Source: Candidatus Dojkabacteria bacterium
Lineage (GTDB): Bacteria > Patescibacteriota > Dojkabacteria > JAFGLO01
NCBI GenBank assembly: GCA_016927995.1
Contig: JAFGLO010000015.1
Coordinates: 75,430 to 139,429 of the forward strand
Direction of reading: 5' to 3'
DNA: 64,000 nt
The position numbers were made by a program, and so were the translations under genes. Within the stretch, counting starts at the first letter, position 1; every line of letters begins with the position of its first letter. Positions 39,447 through 49,617 of the stretch are shown here, piece after piece. The notes below the pieces were generated by a model that saw nothing but the letters and a program-made list of their open reading frames with translations, was not told where the DNA came from and did not search any database.

Positions 39447-40963
39447 GCTTTCACCTGTTCCGACCTATAGGACAATGCTTCCGTTATATGGCTTGCTTTT
39501 ACTTTACGGGAATTTTTAAGGTCTGCAATTGTTCTACCAACCCTTGCAATCTTAACAAAGGCTCTAGGAGATAGAGCAAGTTTTTTATATGCAAGATTAA
39601 GAAGATCTTCGGCTTCATTAGTAAGTTCACAGTATTCCTTTATTTGCTTGTATGATAACTGTGAGTTGCTTGTAAGTTTTGTACCTGAAAACCTTGTTTT
39701 TTGAATTTCTTGTGCTGTAAAAATTGATGTTTTCAAAGCGCTAATTTCGGTATCCGTGCAAGTGGAATTAGCAAGATTCTCCGGTCTGGTAATGTATTTG
39801 TAAATGTCAATTCTGTCTAAAAGTACTTTTGATACTTTGTTAAAGTATCGATTTATTACAAAGGGTTGGCAGGTACATTCATGCTCGGGATCATTAAAGT
39901 ACCCGCAGGGACAAGGATTCATGGCCGCGATAAACAAAAATCTGCAAGGATACAAAACACGGTATTCGGCTCTGGCAATAGTGATATTTCCTTCTTCTAA
40001 TGGTTCTCTAAGTGCATTAAGCGTTTTAATTCCAAATTCGGGGAGTTCGTCAAGGAATAATACGCCATTGTGTGCTAAGCTTATCTCGCCTGGGCTGGGC
40101 TTGGTTCCACCACCAATAATTGAGGCATAGCTCGAGGTGTGATGTGGAGTCCGTATTGGACAGCTTCCTAAGGATATTAGATCTGTTGGTGTTTTGTGGG
40201 CAGAACTACTGTAAATAAGTGCTGTTTCGTATATTTTTTCGGGAGTAAGTTTTGGCATTAGCTGAGATATTGCCTTTGCGGTAAGAGTTTTCCCACAGCC
40301 TGGTGAACCCACGGTAATAATATGATGATCACCTGCAGCTGCAATTTGTGCAATGTGTGCTTCCGATCGGGGTAAGAGGATAGGGATTGGTTCGATCTTA
40401 GGTTGGATATTCAATTGTTTTGAGGCGTTCCAAACGGGTAAGATTTTTATTCCGTTAAGGTGCCGAAGGACTTCGTTAAACCGTTGTGCATAAAATATTG
40501 TTCCGCTAAATGTTTTGGAAAGGGGTATATCGTAAAGATTATCTTTGGGAATAATAATATTGCGTAACCCTTGAGTTTCCATTATGTCGATTGCTTGAAG
40601 AATACCGTTACTGTATTTTACTTCGCCGGACAGTGAAAGTTCACCAATAAACAGATATTCATCGCAAATTTTTTGAGGTAGGTGTTTGTATGCTCCCAGA
40701 ATACTTATTGCAATTGGTAAGTCAAGACTGGCTCCTGTTTTGGGAATATATGACGGGGCAAGATTTATTGTAATCTTCTTGGGGATAAGTGAAAGTCCGG
40801 AATTCTTGATTGCCGGCCAAACACGTTCTTTTGCATCTTCTACTGCTTTATCGGGTAATCCGACGATTCGAATAGAAGGCAAGGAATTGCTGGTGCTTGC
40901 CTCTACAGTCACCATCTGACCGGTAACGCCATAGGTTGTCGATGAATAAACTCTAAATACCAT
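39443..40963 (-). CDS. comM: YifB/ComM Mg-chelatase-like AAA+ ATPase
   Basis: IVGLPD, INLAP, GSPGCGKT, PHHTSS, GEISLAHNGVLFLDELPEF, NPCPCG. Confidence 0.95.
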   Translation of the reverse strand: MVFRVYSSTTYGVTGQMVTVEASTSNSLPSIRIVGLPDKAVEDAKERVWPAIKNSGLSLIPKKITINLAPSYIPKTGASLDLPIAISILGAYKHLPQKICDEYLFIGELSLSGEVKYSNGILQAIDIMETQGLRNIIIPKDNLYDIPLSKTFSGTIFYAQRFNEVLRHLNGIKILPVWNASKQLNIQPKIEPIPILLPRSEAHIAQIAAAGDHHIITVGSPGCGKTLTAKAISQLMPKLTPEKIYETALIYSSSAHKTPTDLISLGSCPIRTPHHTSSYASIIGGGTKPSPGEISLAHNGVLFLDELPEFGIKTLNALREPLEEGNITIARAEYRVLYPCRFLFIAAMNPCPCGYFNDPEHECTCQPFVINRYFNKVSKVLLDRIDIYKYITRPENLANSTCTDTEISALKTSIFTAQEIQKTRFSGTKLTSNSQLSYKQIKEYCELTNEAEDLLNLAYKKLALSPRAFVKIARVGRTIADLKNSRKVKASHITEALSYRSEQVKA

Positions 40964-41089
40964 AAATTACTATACCAGTTGTAATCCGTGTGATTAAAGT
41001 CTTGAATCTGTCAATTTGAAAGATTATCGTGGAATCTTTCAGTGGGTAGTACTTTCCGGCGGAGGAGTGATACAGTAAACGATGAAATT

Positions 41090-41098
41090 TGATATAAT
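41090..41098 (+). promoter_or_regulatory. Extended -10 promoter element of rnpB
   Basis: TG-A-TATAAT ending 5 nt before the RNase P RNA P1 helix. Confidence 0.6.
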
Positions 41099-41102
41099 AT
41101 AA

Positions 41103-41437
41103 CATCCTTGGTTTATCGGATGACTGCTTCGATAGGTTTTTCTTATTGAAGAGGAAAGTCCAGACACCATGTGGTCCCGACTTTTCGGGATAGACACTCT
41201 GGAGACAGAGGTAGGTGAAAGCTTACGGAGAAAAGGGCAACAGAAAGTTATACCGCCCCGACTTGTCGGGGTAAGGGTGAAATGGTGGAGTAAGAGCCCA
41301 CCGGTTCCAACAGTAATGTTGGGATGCGTGGTAACCCCTGTCTGGTGCAAGGGCAAAAACGCCCGCATAGATTGATAGTCATACATTCCCGACTTGTCGG
41401 GGAGGACAGAATTTGGCTTATAGGTAGGCCAAGGATG
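41103..41437 (+). ncRNA. rnpB: RNase P RNA (reduced bacterial type)
   Basis: GAGGAAAGTCC, GCAACAGAAA, AGGGTGAAA, GTAAGAGC and ACAGAA...GCTTAT conserved boxes; P1 CATCCTTGGTTTATC/GGTAGGCCAAGGATG. Confidence 0.95.
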
Positions 41438-41438
41438 C

Positions 41439-42314
41439 TTATTCCAATACGGTTTTGTTAAACCGTAAATATCCATTGTAAAAGGCTTTTGGCTCGACAG
41501 GTTGTTTCCCTTCGAGTTGAAGTTTACCTGGAGTGTACAAGCCCCGTGTACACGCAATTTGAACAAAGGGGGCCGTTTTTGATAGTAATATTGTTCCCGG
41601 GGTGTAGTCATGACTTATAAAGATCATTTCCCCGGGGTAGATTTTTAATATTTTATTATCAAGTTTCGTCCACGCAATAGGGTTATCAAAATAGGCTTGG
41701 ATAAACCATTTTAGCTTTTCTGCAGGTGTCTTCCAGTCGATGTGAGCTGTGTCAAAATTCACCAGGGTTCTGTCAGCGTATGAGGGTTTTCCCGTCTGTG
41801 CAAAAGGTGTTATAAATTCAAGGTTATTTAACAGATTCGGCAACTTTTCGTGAGCAAGTTTTGCAAGTTTATATTCAAGAGAGTAGGCTGTTTCGGATGG
41901 CACAATTGAGGCTTCAAATTGTTGGAAGATTTCTCCCTCATCCATTCCCTTTACGGTTCGGTGAAACGTAACACCGGTTTTTGTATCTCCCACCAGGATT
42001 GCTCCCACAATTGGATTTGCACCTCTATATTTTGGAAGTAAAGAAGGGTGAATGTTTATAAAGATTGAATCAGGGTTTCCAAAAAACTTTTCCGGAATAT
42101 ATTTTCCATACGAGGCAACAATGTTTATACCCTTGTAGCCTGTAGGTTTATCTGTAACCGGTATTTCTTTGGTTTTACAAAGCTCAATTAATTGAACATA
42201 AGTTGTTTTAATATTGGTAGTTATGAGAGTAGTTATATTAAGATCGCTGTTTTCAAGGAGTCCTTTTAGTATTGTATGTGTTATTCTTGATGTTCCCCAA
42301 AGGGTAATGTTCAT
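41439..42314 (-). CDS. fmt: Methionyl-tRNA formyltransferase
   Basis: VASYG, INIHPSLLPKYRGA.PI, TGVT, MDEG. Confidence 0.92.
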   Translation of the reverse strand: MNITLWGTSRITHTILKGLLENSDLNITTLITTNIKTTYVQLIELCKTKEIPVTDKPTGYKGINIVASYGKYIPEKFFGNPDSIFINIHPSLLPKYRGANPIVGAILVGDTKTGVTFHRTVKGMDEGEIFQQFEASIVPSETAYSLEYKLAKLAHEKLPNLLNNLEFITPFAQTGKPSYADRTLVNFDTAHIDWKTPAEKLKWFIQAYFDNPIAWTKLDNKILKIYPGEMIFISHDYTPGTILLSKTAPFVQIACTRGLYTPGKLQLEGKQPVEPKAFYNGYLRFNKTVLE

Positions 42315-42397
42315 GGCTTCCTTTTAGAAGTTATCCATAATATTTATTATATCAAAATTGTTGTATAATTACTGTGCAATTAAGCAGGTTCTTAATT

Positions 42398-43606
42398 ATG
42401 AATGACATTTTAACTCCGCTTGCCTATAGATACCGACCTATTGATCTATCAGACTTTGTGGGTCAAAAGCATCTTGTAGGGAAAGATGGACCAATAAGAT
42501 CTTTTATTAAAAGTAAAAAACTTCCGTCTATGGTGTTTTGGGGGCCTCCCGGTACGGGCAAAACTACGCTTGCAATAATTCTTTCAAAAGAGCTGGGATA
42601 TGATTTTCATTCTATGTCAGCTGTTAGCAGCGGTAAATCTATGCTTCTTGATATTGTAAAAAGTGCAAAGGAATCAAAACTCTTTTCTAAAAAGGTTGTT
42701 TTGTTTCTGGACGAAATTCATCGCTGGAATAAAGCCCAACAGGACGTACTCTTGCCTTACGTAGAAAGTGGATTAATAACGCTTATTGGTGCAACTACCG
42801 AGAATCCGTCTTTTTCACTAAATGCCGCACTTTTATCACGTGTAAAAATTTTTACGTTTGAGCGACATACTGCACCCGAAATTGCCGGTTACCTTGGGAA
42901 AGTTATAAAAGATCTGCAGAAAGAAAAAAACTTCCGGATCAAAAAGAATGTGATTGATTTAATTGCCGAAATTTCTAATGGGGATTTGCGTTCTGCATTA
43001 AATATTCTGGAGATAACCATTAATTTGTTACCGCCCAAAAATAAAGATATAACGGTGGCACTTGTTAAAAATGCTGTTCAGAAGCAAATTTATTATGACA
43101 AAACCGGCGACGAGCATTACAACATAATTTCAGCTATCCACAAAAGCCTACGAAGCTCGAATGCAGATGCTGCCTGTTATTGGATTGGCAGAATGCTTAT
43201 TGCAGGTGAAGACCCTAGATACGTTGCAAGAAGGCTGGTGCGCTTTGCCAGTGAGGATATTGGGAATGCCAAGCCGGCTGCACTTTCTTTGGCACTAACT
43301 GTTTATGAGTCCATCGAAAAGGTTGGAATGCCTGAATGTAACGTATTTTTAATGCAACTTGCCATTTACCTTGCAAACTGTCCCAAAGACAATACGGCAT
43401 ATAAGGTTTGGGGCATGGTGGCTGCCGATGTAGAGAAATTTGGCAATTTACCTGTACCTCTGCATTTGCGCAATGCACCGACTAAGCTTATGGAGGGTTT
43501 GGGTTATGGCAAAGGATATGAGTACGATCACGACTTGCCCGGCAAAAAATCAGATCAGCAATGTATGCCCGATAAATTAAAAAATCGGAAGTATCTTGAT
43601 GTTTAG
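42398..43606 (+). CDS. rarA: Replication-associated recombination protein A (MgsA/RarA)
   Basis: PLA.R.RP, WGPPGTGKTT, DEIHR.NKAQQD, GATTENP, ASEDIG, VPLHLRNAPT. Confidence 0.96.
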   Translation: MNDILTPLAYRYRPIDLSDFVGQKHLVGKDGPIRSFIKSKKLPSMVFWGPPGTGKTTLAIILSKELGYDFHSMSAVSSGKSMLLDIVKSAKESKLFSKKVVLFLDEIHRWNKAQQDVLLPYVESGLITLIGATTENPSFSLNAALLSRVKIFTFERHTAPEIAGYLGKVIKDLQKEKNFRIKKNVIDLIAEISNGDLRSALNILEITINLLPPKNKDITVALVKNAVQKQIYYDKTGDEHYNIISAIHKSLRSSNADAACYWIGRMLIAGEDPRYVARRLVRFASEDIGNAKPAALSLALTVYESIEKVGMPECNVFLMQLAIYLANCPKDNTAYKVWGMVAADVEKFGNLPVPLHLRNAPTKLMEGLGYGKGYEYDHDLPGKKSDQQCMPDKLKNRKYLDV

Positions 43607-44324
43607 ATTTTTTACGTCCAAAATAAATAGTTCAGGATTTCTTATAGAAGAGAAATTTGACATAAAACACATAACAACGGTTTTAAGGTTAACCCCGGGT
43701 GATCATATAGAAATTGTAAACGATACTCAGGTATATGAGGGAGTAATAGACAGCCTTTCTAAATCTGCGGTGAGAGGCTCAATTATTAAACCGCTTGAGG
43801 CGGTGTCTGATAAAATCGAGTTCAGACTTTTTCTTGCAACTATTCGGCCAAGGCTATTTGAATTGGTAATCGAAAAGGCAACCGAACTTGGTGTTTCCGA
43901 AATAATTCCCGTTGTTATGAAAAACTCACAGTTTAGTGTAGATGTTTATAGCTCAAAACATGAGCGGTTTAAAAAAATTATAGTTGCTGCAAGTAAGCAG
44001 TCCAAGCAGGTGAGGGTTCCGCTTATAAGTTATCCTATTGCAATTTTAAATTTAGCCGACAATATATTAAAAGGAGATTTAAATGTCATGTTTGATTTGG
44101 GCTCTAAGTCAGTTTCGATTGATTCGATAAAATCCAAGCTTCTAAAACATAAACGAACAAACTGTTTTGTAGGACCTGAAGGTGGTTTTTCCAAAGAGGA
44201 CAAAGATAATCTAAACGATTTAGATAACCTTTTTACTATAAAACTCTCTGATCATATACTTCGTGCCGAGACTGCAGCTATCGTCGGATTAGGTATTATG
44301 AAAGCCTTAGCTGTTGACAGTTAG
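43599..44324 (+). CDS. rsmE: 16S rRNA (uracil1498-N3)-methyltransferase
   Basis: H..TVLRL, EKATELGV, VGPEGGF, ILRAETA. Confidence 0.93.
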   Translation: MFRFFTSKINSSGFLIEEKFDIKHITTVLRLTPGDHIEIVNDTQVYEGVIDSLSKSAVRGSIIKPLEAVSDKIEFRLFLATIRPRLFELVIEKATELGVSEIIPVVMKNSQFSVDVYSSKHERFKKIIVAASKQSKQVRVPLISYPIAILNLADNILKGDLNVMFDLGSKSVSIDSIKSKLLKHKRTNCFVGPEGGFSKEDKDNLNDLDNLFTIKLSDHILRAETAAIVGLGIMKALAVDS

Positions 44325-44371
44325 CCAAAAGTCTGGTTTAATTGTCGTATATAATATAACTTTTATAAATA

Positions 44372-44773
44372 ATGAACTATATCCTGGGTGTTGATCTCTC
44401 AAGTTTCTTAAATCTTAACACTATTCCGTTATGGGCAATTATTGTTTATGGCGTAATGGTAGTTTTTCTGGGAATGATAGGATATGTCATTAAATCATTC
44501 ATAATTTACAAAATAGCCCAAAAGCTCAATGCTCCAAACGACTGGCAGTCTTGGGTTCCTGTGCTTCGAAGTATGTACAGATTCGAATTAGGTGACCAAA
44601 ACAAGTGGTTATATCTTCTTTCTTACATTCCTTGTATCGGAGTAGTAGCGTTTGTTTTTGGTATAATTGCATGTATAAAGATTCTTTCAAAGCTCGGAAA
44701 ACCTACTTGGCACATCGTTTTATTCTTTGTCCCGGTTGTAAACCTGATTTATATGATTACGTTGGCTCTGTAA
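44372..44773 (+). CDS. Small membrane protein (DUF5684-like)
   Basis: KIAQKL....W.SWVP, FVPVVNLIY pattern. Confidence 0.6.
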   Translation: MNYILGVDLSSFLNLNTIPLWAIIVYGVMVVFLGMIGYVIKSFIIYKIAQKLNAPNDWQSWVPVLRSMYRFELGDQNKWLYLLSYIPCIGVVAFVFGIIACIKILSKLGKPTWHIVLFFVPVVNLIYMITLAL

Positions 44774-44849
44774 AAGTGATTAGTAATTGGTAATCCGTGA
44801 GTGATTAACAACAAGCACCCAACTCATGCAATAACTTCGGTGTTTCTTA

Positions 44850-45614
44850 ATGTATTGGTATTATTTTAAGGCACAGCTCGCCGTAGATTTAGAACGTCGG
44901 CTGGATTTTATACTTGATCCTCTCCTAAGAACAATCGGACTACTTGTTTATTTCTATTTGTGGAGGGGTAGTGTTTCGGATGTTGGCTCTCTTTTTGTAT
45001 ATTTCTTAATTTATTATCTTGTAGTCAATCCATTGCATTCGGGTAAGGTTGCTGTGTTTATGTCCAAAGGCATAAATACGGGAGAGTTAAACAATTTTCT
45101 TTGCAAGCCAATTGATTTTAGAATTGCCTCCACGGTTAGGTTCTTTTCTACCCTTATTAAAAGACTTGTTTTACCTACATGTTTGATAGCTGTGGCAATT
45201 ATATTTCTTCCCGGGATTTTCGCACCTGTTTCTTTTACAGCATTTATACTATTTATCTTGGCACTTATTCTGGGTGAAATATCGTGGATTTTGTTTATGT
45301 GGATATTTGGGGCTTTATCGTTTTGGGTTACCGAAATAGACTTTACTATAGTTGTTTGGGATTTAATCATGAACATCTTTGCGGGGGTATATATTCCATA
45401 TTTTCTTTTTCCCGAGAGTTTAAAGACTATTCTTGCATATACGCCAATTCCTTATTGGGGTGCATTTCCTATAACAATTTTCCAGGGTGAGGTAGTTGGC
45501 AACAAAGTATTTTGGGGCTTTGTTATTCTTCTCGGATGGACTGTTGTTTTGTATCTTACTGGGAAAGTACTCTATCGGTTGGGTCTCAAGAAGTATGAAG
45601 GAGTTGGAATTTAA
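44850..45614 (+). CDS. ABC-2 family permease (DUF990-type)
   Basis: I.TGELN.FL.KP, G.YIP..LFP; operon with an ATPase. Confidence 0.85.
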   Translation: MYWYYFKAQLAVDLERRLDFILDPLLRTIGLLVYFYLWRGSVSDVGSLFVYFLIYYLVVNPLHSGKVAVFMSKGINTGELNNFLCKPIDFRIASTVRFFSTLIKRLVLPTCLIAVAIIFLPGIFAPVSFTAFILFILALILGEISWILFMWIFGALSFWVTEIDFTIVVWDLIMNIFAGVYIPYFLFPESLKTILAYTPIPYWGAFPITIFQGEVVGNKVFWGFVILLGWTVVLYLTGKVLYRLGLKKYEGVGI

Positions 45615-45630
45615 GTTTTCTTAAGGTGCA

Positions 45631-46416
45631 ATGTTTCGATATTTTAAAATCTACTTACAGTACTTTAAGAGTTCGATTATGCTTTTAATGGCACATAAGT
45701 TTAATCTTGGGATGGGTCTTTTAGCAAATATTCTTTGGACTTCCGGTCAATTAGTTTCATTATGGTTTCTGTTTAAGAATATTAGCGGTCTTGGCACTTG
45801 GAACGCACATGATCTTGTGCTCCTACTGGCATTTAGCCAAATATCTTTTTACTTGTCATATTCTATTTACTACAATAATTTTGAAAAGTTTAACGATAAA
45901 ATAAATGAAGGTAATCTGGATAAATATTTGTTAAAGCCGATAAGCCTGATTTTCCAGATTTCTTTTGAGGAGGTCGCTGTTGCACAAATAATTGCAACCG
46001 TAATTAACGTTTTACCGCTTTTTGTATTTGGGTTAATAGGTAAAAGCCTAACTTGGGGTGCAGTAGTCATATGTGGGATAGTTACAATCCTTGGGATTTT
46101 GCTTGTTTATTTGTTTTTCCTAAATATTGTTGGGTTAACTTTGATTATTGGTCGGACGGGTGGAGTTTTATCGGTTCTGCGTAACAGTAGTGATCTTGGT
46201 CGTATTCCAATAGATCAGATGAACAAATATCTTGGCGGGTTTTTGTCATATGTGCTTCCAATTGCGTTTGCAACCAGTTATCCGGTAATGGTTCTAACGG
46301 GGAGGATTAGTGCATTGTCCGTTATCGGTATGGAGGGGGCGTTGCTACTTATTTTGTTAATTCTTAATCTAATAACATGGCGTATTGGAATAAGAAAGTA
46401 TTCCGGTTCGATATAA
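45631..46416 (+). CDS. ABC-2 family permease (DUF990-type)
   Basis: I.EG.LDKYLLKP, VLPIAF...YP, GIRKY.G. Confidence 0.85.
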   Translation: MFRYFKIYLQYFKSSIMLLMAHKFNLGMGLLANILWTSGQLVSLWFLFKNISGLGTWNAHDLVLLLAFSQISFYLSYSIYYNNFEKFNDKINEGNLDKYLLKPISLIFQISFEEVAVAQIIATVINVLPLFVFGLIGKSLTWGAVVICGIVTILGILLVYLFFLNIVGLTLIIGRTGGVLSVLRNSSDLGRIPIDQMNKYLGGFLSYVLPIAFATSYPVMVLTGRISALSVIGMEGALLLILLILNLITWRIGIRKYSGSI

Positions 46417-46433
46417 TTTCAAGTACCCAAAAA

Positions 46434-47429
46434 ATGGAAGTAATCTCGGTAAAAAACTTAAGCAGGAGTTTTAATCAATACAAGAAGGCTACCGGGCTGT
46501 TGGGTTCAATTAAGTCACTTTTAAAGCGTAATTATTTTAAGGTTTCGGCCGTATCCGATATCTCGTTTTCGATTGATGCCGGTGAGATAGTAGGATTTAT
46601 AGGACCAAATGGAGCAGGGAAAACCACAACCCTTAAAATGCTTTCGGGTATTTTGTATCCAACAAGTGGACAAGTGCAGGTACTTGGACATACTCCGACA
46701 GACAGAAAAAGAGAATTTCAGGAAAAGATTGCTCTTGTAATGGGGCAAAAGTCTCAGCTTATTTGGGACCTTCCTGCTAAGGATAGCTTTATGTTAAATA
46801 AACACGTTTATAATATTCCTGAAAACACGTTTAAAAATTCGGTTTTAGAGCTTTCTTCAATTCTAGAAATTGAGGATATATTGGAGATACCGGTTAAAAA
46901 ACTTTCGTTGGGTCAGCGAATGAAATGTGAATTATTGGCATCGATTTTACATGGACCGCAAATTTTGTTTTTAGATGAACCTACAATTGGACTGGATGTT
47001 GTTGTTCAAAAAAAGGTTCGTGAATTTATAAAGGAATACAATGAAACTTATAAAACAACCGTTATTTTGACAAGTCATTATATGGACGACGTAAAGGAGC
47101 TTTGCAAACGGATTATTGTAATTTCAAAAGGCAGCATTGTTTTTGATGGTGAGATTTCAACCCTTGTAAAGAAATACGCGACACATAAATATTTGAAACT
47201 TGTTTTTACTAAGTCGGTTAATAGGGAAGATATTCAAGTATTTGGAAAAATTACTGATTCTAGTGATGACGGTTTTTCGTATACATTGTCTGTTCCGGAA
47301 GAAGGTCATGTCCAAATTGCAAGTCAAATACTTCAAAAGCTACCTGTCGACGATATTGATATTTCCGAGGTTGAACTGGAAGATATAATTAGAAAGATAT
47401 TTGCAAACTCAGACTCAAGTATCTGTTAA
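46434..47429 (+). CDS. ABC transporter ATP-binding protein
   Basis: GPNGAGKTT, LSLGQRM, LFLDEPTIGLD, TSH. Confidence 0.95.
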   Translation: MEVISVKNLSRSFNQYKKATGLLGSIKSLLKRNYFKVSAVSDISFSIDAGEIVGFIGPNGAGKTTTLKMLSGILYPTSGQVQVLGHTPTDRKREFQEKIALVMGQKSQLIWDLPAKDSFMLNKHVYNIPENTFKNSVLELSSILEIEDILEIPVKKLSLGQRMKCELLASILHGPQILFLDEPTIGLDVVVQKKVREFIKEYNETYKTTVILTSHYMDDVKELCKRIIVISKGSIVFDGEISTLVKKYATHKYLKLVFTKSVNREDIQVFGKITDSSDDGFSYTLSVPEEGHVQIASQILQKLPVDDIDISEVELEDIIRKIFANSDSSIC

Positions 47430-47442
47430 AGGTTGTACCGAG

Positions 47443-48795
47443 TTACTTACTAATGATCTCTTTCCCTATATATTTTTGCAAGGACTTTGGAATTTTAACA
47501 GAACCGTCGGGTTGTTGGTAGTTATCAATTATTGCAATAATCATTCTGCCCATTGCTACGCCGGTATCGTTTACAGTATGTGCAAATTTCTTTTGACCAT
47601 CAACATCTGTAAACTTAATGTTTAACCTTCGTGCCTGATAATCGGTTGTGTTTGTACTTGTGCCAACCTCCATAAATTCTTGCTGTGAAGGAAGCCATGC
47701 TTCGGGATCCCACTGGGCATGTGAAGCGTAGTAGCCCATGTCGCCAAAGCATTTGCGTACAATTCTAAATGGTATTTCGAGTGTTTGCAAAAGCCATTTG
47801 TTTATTCCAAGCAGGTAATTTTCGGCAAGTTCGTTAGATTCATCGGGATGGCAAATTAAGTCCATTTCAAGTTTGTCGAACTGATGAACACGTTTTATGC
47901 CGCGAGTATCCTTGCCCCATGATCCTGCCTCACTTCTAAAGCAGGTTGTATATGCCATAAGTTTAATTGGCAGGTCTTTTATATCCAGAGTTTTATCCAT
48001 ATACAAGGCAAAGTTTGAAGGTTCTGACGAGCCTACAAGATACAATTGATTGTTGTCTTCTACGTTGGATCCGTCAATTTTATAGACTTGTTCCTTGTCG
48101 GCAGGAAAGTGGCTAGTACCGTAAAGTGCACGTTCTCTGACTAAAAGTGGGGGTACAACGGGGATAAATCCTTCGGTTATAAGTTTATCCTTAAGAAGTT
48201 CGAATAATGCGTACTGTAAGAGAGCGCCTTCATTTTTGATATAGGTAAAGCGGCTGCCCGATACGATTGCGCTTTGTTCGTTGTCGATAATGTCAAGTGC
48301 TTTTCCAATATCGATATGATGAGCTCCTTTAAAGTTTTTGTTAGCATGCGATGGAAACTCTGGCATGAATTTTGTTGCGCTTCCCGGCTTATTTATTTTG
48401 CTAGCCGGAATTTCACCGTCTGTAGGAGTCCAGGCATAAACGTCGACATTGTCGGCTTCGCCTTTACCGTTAGGGGTATCCGGTCTTGCAATATTGGGAA
48501 TAAGATCATAGGTTTCTTGCCAGCGGGCTGTAAGCTCTTTTAGAGCGGTTTCTAGTTCGGCAGTTTTGGTTTTTATTTCCTTAACTTTTTCTATTTCCTC
48601 TGCTGTAGGCTTTTTGCCCTTTGCGCTTATATCGTTGCGTTCTTTTTTAAAAATGTCAATTTTTGTAATAAGTGCCCTTCGAGATGAATCCATTTCCAAA
48701 AATGTCTTAACGATTGAATTGCCTGAAAGCCCTCGTTTGTTCATGGTTTCTGCTACGAGTTCAGGGTTTTCCTGAAGTATCCGAAGGTCTAACAT
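47443..48795 (-). CDS. serS: Serine--tRNA ligase
   Basis: CFRSEAGS.GKDTRG..RVHQF.K.E, TDYQARRL, NYQQPDGSV.IP. Confidence 0.97.
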   Translation of the reverse strand: MLDLRILQENPELVAETMNKRGLSGNSIVKTFLEMDSSRRALITKIDIFKKERNDISAKGKKPTAEEIEKVKEIKTKTAELETALKELTARWQETYDLIPNIARPDTPNGKGEADNVDVYAWTPTDGEIPASKINKPGSATKFMPEFPSHANKNFKGAHHIDIGKALDIIDNEQSAIVSGSRFTYIKNEGALLQYALFELLKDKLITEGFIPVVPPLLVRERALYGTSHFPADKEQVYKIDGSNVEDNNQLYLVGSSEPSNFALYMDKTLDIKDLPIKLMAYTTCFRSEAGSWGKDTRGIKRVHQFDKLEMDLICHPDESNELAENYLLGINKWLLQTLEIPFRIVRKCFGDMGYYASHAQWDPEAWLPSQQEFMEVGTSTNTTDYQARRLNIKFTDVDGQKKFAHTVNDTGVAMGRMIIAIIDNYQQPDGSVKIPKSLQKYIGKEIISK

Positions 48796-48921
48796 GTTGT
48801 TAGGTTTATTATGTTATATGGTCAATTATACAGCTACTTGATATAATCAGCAATTGCATGTTGATAAAATCCTTATAATATATTAAAATCAACGGCTTAT
48901 TTCTAATTTGTAGTTTGTAAA

Positions 48922-49557
48922 ATGAAAGGTGATAAATTTGCGGTTATTGAGCACGACAGAACACAATATATTGTGGTGCCGGGCAGTCTTGTCGACGTTG
49001 AAAAGTTAAATATTGAGGAAGGCACAGAATATTCGGTCGATTCTGTTTTACTCATAAAAGATGGTGATAATGTCCTAATAGGCAAGCCTACAGTAAAGGG
49101 TGCAAAAGTGGTTTTTGAGGTCAAGCTTCACGGCCGGGATAATAAAGTAGTTATCTACAGGTATAAAGCTAAGTCAAGATATAGAAGGACTCGTGGGCAC
49201 AGGCAGGAATTTACAAGGCTCTTCGTAAAAAGTATTGAAGTTGATGGGAAGGTAGTTGCCAAGGCTGAAGGTGTAAAATCCGTTAAATCAACTAAAACCG
49301 TAGTTGTGCAGTCCAAAGCTAAAAATACGCATAAAAAGGCTGCTAAGGCTTCTTCAGGGAACGTTACAAAAGCAGTCACGAAAACTAAATCCAAAAGCCA
49401 ACTTGCCAAGAAGGTCACTAAGAAAGTTGCGACAAAAAAAACAGTAAAGAAACCTGCCGTTAAGAAGCCGGTTAAGAAATCCGTGGGAAAAAAGCCGGTT
49501 AAAAAAGCGACCGTAAAAAAATCTTCAACAGCAAAAAAGACTTCTTCGCAAAAATAA
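48922..49557 (+). CDS. rplU: 50S ribosomal protein L21 with long Lys/Ala/Val/Thr-rich tail
   Basis: IGKPTV.GAKV, YKAKSRYRR..GHRQ.FT. Confidence 0.93.
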   Translation: MKGDKFAVIEHDRTQYIVVPGSLVDVEKLNIEEGTEYSVDSVLLIKDGDNVLIGKPTVKGAKVVFEVKLHGRDNKVVIYRYKAKSRYRRTRGHRQEFTRLFVKSIEVDGKVVAKAEGVKSVKSTKTVVVQSKAKNTHKKAAKASSGNVTKAVTKTKSKSQLAKKVTKKVATKKTVKKPAVKKPVKKSVGKKPVKKATVKKSSTAKKTSSQK

Positions 49558-49617
49558 ATACTCTTACGTCCGTAGGAATGGTATAATTGCCCATAATTAG
49601 ATTTTTTCATTTATAAC

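Noticed and set aside
41039-41611. 190-aa minus-strand ORF and 68-aa plus-strand ORF
   Set aside because: They overlap the RNase P RNA and fmt, so they are shadow ORFs
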